A stretch of DNA of 63,253 bases, counting the filler, from Reticulomyxa filosa (Eukaryota; Protista; Foraminifera), in NCBI GenBank assembly GCA_000512085.1. It is 24 parts of 24 records of this genome, joined end to end, with 100 filler letters (N's around TTAATTAATTAA, not from the genome) between each part and the next. Parts side by side here need not be neighbours in the genome. Positions count along the whole stretch, not along the records: positions 51,841 to 62,099 come from ASPP01024775.1; positions 62,200 to 63,253 come from ASPP01014265.1; 22 more parts are not named here. One strand, written 5' to 3'. A program made the translations under genes and the position numbers. Shown here piece after piece: positions 52,903-63,253 of this stretch; within the stretch, counting starts at the first letter, position 1; the number at the start of each line of letters is the position of its first letter. A model generated the notes under the pieces. It ran no database searches and had not been told where the DNA came from. It saw only the letters and a list, made by a program, of their open reading frames with translations.

Positions 52903-54489
52903 ATGCTGACTTCAGGTAATGTTCTTTTTTTTTTTTTTTCTTATACACCGCCTTACTTCCTTTGACATGAATAATAAAAAGTTGGTAGCAATAACGTATC
53001 GATGGTTTCTGAGTTGCGCTTAACCGAAGACAAGGCTAAAAATGTGAAGTTGTCCATGTTCGCATTTTGTGTGAATCCTGAAAAAGATAAAAAGAGCGAG
53101 CTTTGTGATGTATACAAACCCAAGCTTTGTGGAGGAATGAACAAAGAGAACCATAAAGCATATATACCTCATCCGGTATAATGTACAGAGATATATTTGT
53201 TTGTACTCTTTGATAATAAGTGGAAAAAATAAAAATAGTCTGAAGAGGAGATCGCAATTGTACTTGAAAATTGGGTTCGTTGTTCTTATATTGAATTTGG
53301 ATGGATTGAGGAATTTAATAAAATTATTGGACGCTATGTTTTGTATAAAAAAAAAAAAAAAAAATGGAATAAATGATATGTCATATACATACATATACAT
53401 ACATATATACACCATATATATATATATATGTATAATGTATATTAATAGGGAAAATATTTGAAACAAATAAAAGCGTTTGAAACACTTTCAATTGGTGTTA
53501 TAACAATAAATTTTTCTCCTGATGGAACTAAAACAGTTTCTTGTTTATGGGACGAAACAATTCGAATACATGATGTCGAGTCTGGAAAAGAAATCCAAAG
53601 ATTAATAGGACATTCAAACTTGGTAAATGATGCACAATTTTCGCCAGATAGCAAAACGGTTGCGTCATGTTCAAACGATAAAACAATCCGATTTTGGAGT
53701 GTAAAATCAGGGATGGAAATACAAAAATTTCAAGTGCAATCATATATAACAAGAATACAATTTTCTAATAATGGATCAACTATTTTATCTAGTTCTGATG
53801 ATCATACAGTTCGATTATGGGATATAAATACTCGCAGACATATTAAAACATTTCAAGGACATTCAAATATGATTACTGATGCACAATTTTCATCAGATAA
53901 TCAATTGATTGTTTCTGCTTCTTATGATAAGACTATTATTATATGGGATGTACGATCAGGAGAAAAAATTAAAACATTAAAAGGTCATACTGAAGAAGTT
54001 ATTAGAGCAAGATTTTCTCCCAATGGTCTTTTTATTATATCTTGTTCAAGTGATGGAACTATTAGAATATGGGATAGCATTACTGGAAATCAACTAAAAA
54101 TATTACAAGGACATACCAATTGGGTAAGAGATGTCAGAATTTCACCAGATGGACAAACTATTATTTCATGTTCTGACGATAAAACTGTTCGTTTATGGGA
54201 TATACATTCTGGTTCACAACTACAAAGATTAGTTAGACATTTTGATTGGGTAAGAGGTGTTGATTTTTCTCCTAATGGTAAAACTTTTGTTTCTGGTTCG
54301 AATGATAAAACCATAAGATTATGGGGACGACAACAATTGATGAACGAACAAACCAAAAAATTGCTTTGTTTGAAAACAGCAAAAATACCTGATGAGACTT
54401 ATGTTACTTTTTGCATGATGTGGAAACAAATTTCTTCACTGAAAGTTTGTTTATCAAGAGGACACCAATTATCATTCCTTCTTTGCTAA
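52903..54489 (+). CDS. WD40-repeat protein of the lineage-expanded family (about 7 repeats)
   Basis: Exon 53239-53337 encodes SEEEIAIVLENWVRCSYIEFGWIEEFNKIIGRY. The long exon has repeated GH...FSPDG..I.SCS.DKTIRLWD units. The start codon is inferred. Confidence 0.92.
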
Positions 54490-54671
54490 CTTAGTCTTTA
54501 TATTTTGGTCGTCCTCGTAGACTTTAATTTTTTTGTTACGTTTAAAGGTAATGCATCATCATACTCAACACAACAAAGTAGTCAGTTGACACAGACAGGC
54601 CCCTTTTTTTTTTTTTGATCTACCATTAAAATCATTGACCGTTTGCATTTTCGGTTCACCGAAAAAGGAAG

Positions 54672-56967
54672 ATGAATAGTTGTAGATTGTCACCCTACTT
54701 ACTGACATACTTATTTGATGGATATACCATAGCCGTGTCAGTAGCAGACGTAGTGACAGACTTAATGGTGATGAAGCAATACTATGACGAAAACGAGAAA
54801 GTATTTTTTTGGGTGGGCGTGTCAAATTTGATAATTGCTCAGCTGTGTTACAATTTTGCATTTATAATACGATATGAGGGGTCATCTTCTTGCATAAGAC
54901 GTTTACTGATATTTACATGTTTGTTGCCATTGTCACCATTGCTTTCGTTTGCATTTTATTGGGCGTCGTTGCCAAACAATAAATTGTCAATATTGCTTAA
55001 ACGAATAGGACTGGAGCCACAAGAGTACAATTCAAAAGCAAATGCATCAAATAGTGAAGAAGGACTAGATCTAAGAGAATGGGCGGTAGAGCGATTTCAT
55101 AAAAATTTGGGGTTTCTATTGGAAGCGGCCGTGGAAGCATTTCCGCAAAGTTTAATTCAAATGAGCGCACTGGTATATACGTCGCGCGCCAATTGGGTGA
55201 CATTGTCCTCGATTTTTTTATCATTGATAAGTTTTGCAACCAAGTCGATTGTGTTTTGCCAATCGACCTCATTTTGGGTGTTTATTTATAATTGGGTGTC
55301 TATGTTCTGCGACTTTGTCGGTATTTTTGTGGTAGTGAGTTGGGTGTTTTTTTTGCCGTCAATCCATACGGAGCAAACGATTCAACACACTTTTTTCGGA
55401 AGAATTTCGGTGATGGGACAAGTGTGGCTTCTCAAAGTTGTAATCTTTAGTATTCCATCTACACTGTTTTTCACCATCACATGTTCCTTTGCACTGGCCA
55501 ATGACCTTTATAATGGAGGCATATATCGAAGAACACTTTGCTCTTTCTGTCAATTTTGCGTTGTGCTCTTGTTTTACACTTTATTGGCCATTATCTTCTT
55601 TGTTTGCAGTTTCGTCGTCTCTTTGTTCGTCGTTGAAATACCTTGCTTTTCTCTCGTCGTGTTGCTGCTTCATATTGTCCAAAAAACTCGTGTCCAGTTT
55701 CCTAATTCATTTTTTTTTAAAATAAAATAAAAAATATATATTTTCTGTATATGTAATGCCAATGCGATCAATAGTCCCACACACGAGGTTTTGTGGAAAC
55801 AAGTGCTTGAGTTTCCACACGAATCGGAAATCAAATGTCGCCATTGCAGTTTGCTTGCTTTAATGCTGGGTCCATGTTGCTGTTGTCATCCCAAATGCTC
55901 CATTACCTATACGTGCTGCTGGAATGTTCCTCGGCCGCTGACATTGACGGAAAAAAGTAACCAAGCAATATTAGAGGCACAGGAATTCATATATCATTCC
56001 AGACCAATACACAGCGGTTCCATAGTGGTGAATGAGATGGACGAACAAGTATTGCTACAACGCTTAAAGACACCGATTCAAAAGTGGTCTCTCGATTACT
56101 TATTTCGTGATGCCGCTCTTCGAATAGCAATAATGAATTGGGCTTTCAGTGGTCAATTTGGAGTTACAGATAAAAAACTAGACCATTTTTTGAGCCTTTT
56201 ATTTGCCGATGAATATCAGATAAAACAACGAGATGGAACATATGGGTCCTGGCAAAATTTAACTTTTGAATATTTTCGTCATTTTTGGCAAGATGAGAGA
56301 CACTCTACTTTTATTAAAACTTTTAGAGAACGATATTGTTTTCCATATCGACATAGTTTATATTCTTCTCGGACTTATCGTAGATTTGGAGGGCGATCCC
56401 ATCTTGATCGAAAGACAATCCCAATGATATGGCTGATGTTTGTGACTTATTTCTTTGGTCCATTGTATTTGCTTGGCCGACTTTTCACTCCATTCTATCC
56501 ATTTGCATGTGTCATCTATTATTCCATTGTCTTTGGAAGTATTTCTGAAATCAATACTTTGCAATTATTATTGACTGGTCTATACGGTCTTCTCATTTTT
56601 TTATTAGTCTTTGTTGTCTCTCCCAACACGTTTTGGTGGATGTGGTTATCTTGGCATGTTCTACCAGGTTTGTTTGTCTCTCTTTTTTTTTTTTATTACC
56701 AAACTTATCACTAATGATCCACCAGGTCGCAAACATCCTATTTCTTTCTTTCAAACCGACTCGGATGCAAAAATAATTACAACTGATTTACGAGCAGCGT
56801 ATGAAATGATTATCTCATATCCGGCCAAAGAAAAAGTATTAAACGATATGCTAGGTTCTGATGTTGCCAGCATTGTCATGTTGTATTTACCTCGTGGATT
56901 GCATTCAGACACCAACCGTGCTCGCCTTGGCTACGACCCTCTCTTCAATGACAATTTAATTGATTAA
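54672..56967 (+). CDS. XK-related (Xkr) multi-pass membrane protein
   Basis: XK family motifs SVADVVTDLMVMKQYY and LLEAAVEAFPQSLIQM. Many transmembrane segments across three exon-like ORFs. Confidence 0.8.
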
Positions 56968-57001
56968 TTGTAATTTGCTTAACTTGTAAAACTTTTGTTA
57001 A

Positions 57002-57171
57002 TAAAAGATATTAAAATTTCATCACATGAACAAACTATTATTTCATGTTCTGATGATAAAACTATTCGTTTATGGGATATACATTCTGGTTCACAACTAC
57101 AAAAGATTAGTTGGACATTTTGATTGAAAACTTTTGTTTATAGTTGAAGTGATAAAATAATGCAATTATGG
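57002..57171 (+). repeat. Degenerate direct duplicate of the 3' WD40 segment at 54125-54324
   Basis: Long identical runs (ACAAACTATTATTTCATGTTCTGA; TTCGTTTATGGGATATACATTCTGGTTCACAACTACAAA), with a 1-nt insertion and an internal deletion of about 30 nt. Confidence 0.92.
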
Positions 57172-57702
57172 AGATTGTTTATCCACATTTCCATTCAATA
57201 AATATATTTGCTGGTCTTCTTTTCAGAAAATATTACTGTTTCGTTCATTTTCTGTCTTTTCAATAAAGTGAAAAATGAAAACTTCTTTTTATTGAAGGAA
57301 AGAAAATGTATTACATTTAAAAGTCAAAGCAGAAAAAAAATGAAATAAATTCATAATTTGGTGACATACTTTGAACATGTGGCACATGTTGGAGGAGCAT
57401 CTCTAAATAAATTGCTTTCATTAGATCTTTTGCTTTGAATTGAATATTGTTTAAAACATGATCCAAAACTTGAAGCGGTTGAATATAACCAAGAAGATGT
57501 TTCTGCAGCTATTTTGCATAAACCAAAGAGAAAACTAAAACGATCCGACAGCAATTGCAAAGAAATGAAGAAAGCAATAAGCAATTCCCCTTCCTCAAAC
57601 AAAAGGCAAAAATTAACACTTGCGTAATAGAACACTTGCAAAAGGCTAAAGTTCATTGAATTAAACTCGAATCGATCTTGCGTTGAATCCGGCTAATATA
57701 AT

Positions 57703-60700
57703 ATGTCTCGGAGCAGTTCCGCAAGACGAGAAGACATTGAACCTCCAGCGACCCTTGCAGAACTGGTTCGTTACTTGTCGTGGAATTGTCCGTTGCACGA
57801 CGAGAACGTACTCTCAAAGGTGTCTCGTGAGATCTTGAGCTACGTAGACTTTGGTTTCACGACGCAAGTGAAGCTGTGCAATATAGACTTAAAAGCACAC
57901 GAATCGAACAAGAGCAAGGACAAGACAAGCAGCGGCAATAACAGCAGCAATGTGGGTATAGCGGCATGTGTGTCAAGTGAAGGGGTATTGTATACGTTGT
58001 ATACGATGACAGTGCAAGCAGCTATTTTTTTGCATGTGCGCGCGTATGCGGCAGAAAGCAACAACGCGAACGTAGTGGAGAGTGTGCGAGCACAAATATC
58101 GCAAAAGAGCACAGCGACAACGAATATGCGCGTGTATACGCAAAAAAACACGCATTCTCTGGCGATCTCGAAGCCGGAGTTGATGACGCAAGTGACCAAA
58201 CAAAAAAAGCAAACATTTGTAATGTCTAATGGAGAAAAGCTGTTTGCATATTATAAAGATAGCAATAAATTGGAAGTGATTCAAAATATCTCCAAAGCGC
58301 CGATTATCCATTTGTGGAATAGTTCCAATCACGTATTTTTTTTACGCATTCCTGACGAGGTTTATTTTTATTTATTTATTTATCTATTTATTTATGTAAG
58401 AGAAAAGAGGGGGGGGTGGGGACCCTTTTTTTTGTTGTTTTAAAAAAAAAGGAAACCAGACAAACATTGCTGAACCCCTATTGTACATTATATCGAGTGC
58501 GCATGGGCCATCACAAACCACATATCGAAATATTGTTTGCGTTCCAATTAGACAATGACATCGGTCATCATCACCAATCGTATTACTTTGAGTCATTGCA
58601 GCAACTGTTGTTTGTGGAGTACGCGACCATGGCCCATGGAGGCTGCTTAATGCAGTTATGCGTGGCACATCCATCCATCTTTGAGCAAATGTATCAAGAG
58701 AAGCAACAGTCATTTCGACAACGACACACGCAAGCCCGCAAAGACGACCGTCCTTCGCGCAAGAAGTCGTCTCAGTCCTTTGACGAGCCGCACGACGATC
58801 ATGTCAACGTGTCTTCGGCATCGAAGAGCAAGGGAAATGGTAATGGTAATGTCGTCTCGAAAGTGGACACACCAACCAAAGGCAAACATAAAGACAAAGA
58901 CAAAACTAAAGAGAAAGAAAAAGAAAAAAAAGAAAATATAAATAAAGCAAATACTTTGAAAAAAACAACGACGAAAAATTCGTCGCTGAATGGCAAAGAC
59001 AATGAGAACGATAAAGAAGATAAAGCATTTGGACAGCTCCAAGTGCAATCATTGACGCAAAAAAAAAATCAGCACTCTACTCCGCTACCTGCCAAGAAAA
59101 AGCCGACGACGTCCACCCCGAGCGCCACCAGATCGGTGACCAAGTCTGCATTGGCCAAAAGCAAGACAATGCGGAGTACAGATAAAGATAACGACAGAGA
59201 CACTGGTGTGAAAAAGCGACCCAAGACATCCAAGGGATCGACGAATGGCTCCAAGTCGCATGATGACCATCCAAATGCAAAGACGCCCAGAGGGGAGAGA
59301 ACAAACACGTCTGCAGCTGCGTCGCTGTCAAAAAAACCAAAGACGACAAGATCGACGAGGTCTACGAAAACTGCAGTTGTGGAGACAACAACAACAACAA
59401 AACGACCGAATCTTGAAATGCAAGTGACAAAGACAGTAGTAAGCTCGGAGACAACGAGCGCAAGTAGCGAAGGTGATAGCAATCACAGCGAGGAAGAGAA
59501 AATGGCCAGTCCAAAGACTTCGGGCTTGGAAAAGCTGAAACAATCAAACTCTGCAAAACAGAAAAAAGGCCTTCATCAAGAGTTTTTGGAGGAAGTAATC
59601 GACCAATTGTTGGAAGATATCCCTTCCAGTGAAGACGAAAAGACCTTTGCTTACAACAATTGCAATACCAACAATGTTGTCAGTAAGAATGCAATTACTG
59701 CGACAGCAAAAACAGCGGCCGTTTTTGATGACGCAGCAAAAAACAATTCACAACTTGCATCTGACAATGTCCCACGCAAACTGGCATCGATTCGTCGTTT
59801 GGTGGAAAAGACAAATGGATTGGATTTGGCTCAAATGCGCCAACAAAAGAAAAAGAAGAAGAAAAGAGCTAAAACCAAACTGCAAGGCGAAGGTGAAGGT
59901 GAGGGCGATGCTGCGTCGGATAGCGACAGCAGCACGAGTAGCAGTAGCAACAGTTTCGATAGCGATAACCAAAGTGACGTCCACAGTGATATCAGTGAAT
60001 TGAGCGAGGGATCCACAAATGCGAGTTCTCTGCATTCTGCATACTTTTATATATGTATGCGTGTTTTTTTATCTACGTACACATTTTTTTGATGAATTGG
60101 GGGGCGGGGGAAATGATAAGAAGACAACAAGGCTCGCAAAAAACATAAAAATGGACAATCGAAAGAACAAATCCCTTTGTTCAGAGCAGGCTCCTCGTCA
60201 GATGTGCTGAAGGCGGTTAAAGAAGATCAAGAAACAAGTCCTGCAGTCGTGTCCAAGAAGAATGACACAAAGACGACTTCGAACGGAGATTCTTGCTTGG
60301 CCAACAAACCACCAAAGATTGAACCACTTTCACTCTCCGGCAAGATCCTGCCATCGATATCAACCAAAATGGCTCTTGGACACTACGTGCAGCCAGTGAC
60401 GCCGATGAGCTTCTCCATGTCAAAGGATTGGAAGCACAGACGGGCGAGAAGCCAAAGTGCACCGACGTCGAGAGGACGTCCCCGGGATTCCATGTCGGTG
60501 CGCGATGCTCAGCACGGTTTGCAGTCGCAAGCTCAAACGGTCACGCCGAAGCTAGCACTCGTGCGTGGACGATCCAAGTCCAGAGACAGTCCATTCAACC
60601 CTTCCGACACTGTGGACACCGATGCAATATTGACGCGGTCCAAATCTAACAAGTCCAATTCATCCGCGTCCAATCTGTTCGATGCCGTAAAGCGGACCAG

Positions 60701-61323
60701 TAGTGCTATGGGATTGATCTCTTCCAACAGTTTTTTTATGCATTTATTTATGTACCTATGCGTACATATACAGTCCATATATGTGTGCATTTGCTATTTA
60801 TTTGGAACGGTATATAGCACGCATTTACGAAACAACCCTCGTTCAAATGCCAAAATCTATTGAAAAACTTTTTCAATACTGTGAGTGTCATCAGTTAATT
60901 CATCACGCCCCGACTGATACCTTCATCTTGATACTTGCGAGCACTTTGGAAAATATGACGTCCTATATTACTTGCTTAAACGAAATTTATGACAAAACCA
61001 ACACGCCACCTGCCTCGAGGCATTACGGCAAAGTGTGCTTGCAGTTTCGCGTAGATTTACAAATAAGACCTCTTGCCATCACTTCGTTGCTCATTGGTGG
61101 ATTTATTGTCGATGACGATAATTATCGGATTTTATGTTATGATGAAACGAGGCAAACCTTAATCTTGGAAAACAAAACGATGATCGTGGAAGAAAACTTT
61201 ACACGAGGCATGAAAAACAATGTACATTATTTTGTAGATGCTCCAAATAACTATATCAAAGAAATTAAAGCTCTGCGCTTTCAAGATTGTGTGCGCAATT
61301 GGGTTTCTATTTCTGACAACTAA
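57703..61323 (+). CDS. Large multi-exon hypothetical protein: beta-rich N- and C-terminal regions around a long S/T/K-rich disordered segment
   Basis: Four long ORFs (57703, 58416, 60177, 60781) separated by short intron-like AT/TA-rich stretches. No named domain recognised. Confidence 0.7.
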
Positions 61324-62309
61324 TCAACGTGCTGCATATTATTATTATCTTTTTTTTCTCATTTTTTTCTGACAATTTACCATTTTTGGTTTTTCATCAA
61401 GTTTTGTGTATTTGAAAAGTAGGTTAAATTTTTTTTATATGTAAGATGATTGTTACTGTTTGTTTTTCTTAATGAACAAAAAAATCGTTGTTTGTGGATG
61501 AGATTGAAAATCACAAATTCAATTGTTGCGACATATACATATCATTTTCATTTGATCACAAAAGTATGAGTAAAGCATATTTACAGCAGTGACAAAAGTA
61601 CGTGATATTAATTTTCCAAAATATGAGTAATTAGTTGATTAACAAAAAAAAGAAAAAAAATGGGAGTTTTATAGCTTGCAGAGTAAATAAAATTGTATTT
61701 GAAAAAAATTCGTAAGAAAGGTCAGTACACAATAACCCATTTTCCTTGTTCTCCTTTTCCTTCAGTCGATAAAAGGCACGAGAGTCAATGTACACGTAAA
61801 AAAGTATCGATCAACAATAGTAATCACAATTATCTGGTCATCAAAGAATCTTGTTAGCAATAATTTTTTTTTAAAGAAAGAAGTGTGATTTATGAAATTT
61901 TATTTGGTATGTATACAAGTTAGAATTATAATACATTTAAGCTCTACCTCAAATATAGTAGAATGCAAAGTAAAGTTGACACATAAAATGGCACCTTATG
62001 GAGATGATTGATTTTCTTCATGAAAAAATAACATTCAGACCTAATTTTTTTTTTTAAAAATATCTACAAATAGTGTACTTTTTAAATATCATTTTGGTTN
62101 NNNNNNNNNNNNNNNNNNNNNNNNNNNNNNNNNNNNNNNNNNNTTAATTAATTAANNNNNNNNNNNNNNNNNNNNNNNNNNNNNNNNNNNNNNNNNNNNA
62201 TATATATGTATATTATTGTTATTATTATTCTTGTCTTACGTTTTTTTTTTTTTTTTTTTGTGGAGATTTTTTGTGTGCAATTGAATGGCTGATAGTTTGT
62301 GTGACAAAT

Positions 62310-62744
62310 GCTTTCAATCTGTACGTGCTTGTCGATGAAACCATGAAAAGCAGTGTGTTGTCGGATATGAGAGATATCGTGTCGTACCTGTGGCAGAACA
62401 TTTCTTCGATTAGTCAACACATTGAAGTCGATTGGGAAATGTACAAACACGTCGACCATGTCGACATCATTCACCGACTTGCGATGATCACTTACAACAC
62501 TACCACTGTGCAAATCATTCAGGTTCACAATATGTAATACAAACTCCACTTTCCATTTATTTTTTTTTTTGTTTTTTTTATGTTTTTTTTTGAATGATTC
62601 AATGAAACAGAGCCTATCTTCAAACGACACTGCAATGATAAGATATTTTCAAGTATTGCAAGATCGAGAGACATCCAACAGTATGGACAAGACAATGCTC
62701 AGTTTGAATATGTTCATTCATCCAATATATACATATACGTATAC

Positions 62745-62775
<31 letters not shown>

Positions 62776-63253
62776 TATTTGTTTATTGACAGATGCTGCA
62801 TTGAGGTATACATTAAATGACGTGGAGAGCTCAACAGATAGCGACGACTTGACGCTAGTGTTAGTCTTGACGGACAAGACGTTTGAATCGCCTTGCAGCG
62901 ATAGCGACGTGATAGAGACGTACAATGCTGTACAAGCCAGTCGATCATTGTACTTTGGAGTTGTGATTGCGAATGCAATGGCGTCAAGCGACTTGGACTG
63001 GTCCGCTGCGTACAGTTGTCTGAATAAGGCTACGAACAACTTGACCGTTGTGTACGACGACAGTCCAGTGAAGACTGAGTCTGTTAAACAGCGACGAGCG
63101 TCCGCTTACGCCGAGTACGTGTATGAGTTGGCACAATCCGAGTATCATGTTGTGGTTGTGGACAACAACACGCAATGTTCATCCACGGTCTCGTTTACAC
63201 AATATCCAACGTCATCTCCTTTTTCTTTTGCCCCTTCATTTCCATCATCATTA
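62310..63253 (+). CDS. von Willebrand factor A (vWA)-like domain protein, partial
   Basis: NLYVLVDETMKS (beta1), RLAMITYN, T.L|DAALRY and LVLVLTD, followed by the start of a PT/S-rich stretch. Confidence 0.6.

Noticed and set aside
57350-57630. Exon-like + strand frame with a single TGA (possible readthrough or selenocysteine)
   Set aside because: No start codon, no redox motif and no visible SECIS. More likely a decayed fragment.

Overview
This window is not one locus. It is 24 short, unlinked, AT-rich eukaryotic contigs joined by 23 identical 100-bp artificial linkers (44 N + TTAATTAATTAA + 44 N), so adjacency across a linker means nothing biologically. The genes have spliceosomal GT-AG introns rich in poly-T/A and (TA)n, and use the standard code. 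The expanded gene families (WD40 proteins with an N-terminal 'HWIR..IKLGWI.DFDK' exon, TRAF-like CPRQ/DHLDKxC proteins, PBS-lyase-like HEAT repeats, caspase-like and RNF213-like proteins) strongly resemble the foraminiferan Reticulomyxa filosa or a relative. That assignment is from recall, not a database search. Recognisable genes, mostly partial: HPD, a PPWD1-type cyclophilin, SPB1/FTSJ3, an alpha-kinase with an N-terminal SHOCT-like domain, a RasGEF, a TBC1D23-like Rab-GAP, a TTC9-like TPR protein, an XK-related membrane protein, WD40 proteins, a SUMO-like-domain protein, an RRM protein and a vWA protein. Many decayed copies are also present (kinesin-14, Notchless/NLE1, XK, WD40, TRAF-like, HEAT), plus a Tc1/mariner remnant. 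The most notable items are a spliced ubiquitin-like(LRLRGG)/2OG-Fe(II) dioxygenase fusion gene, an uninterrupted caspase-like ORF lacking both catalytic residues, and an RNF213-like RZ finger lacking its usual catalytic Cys.
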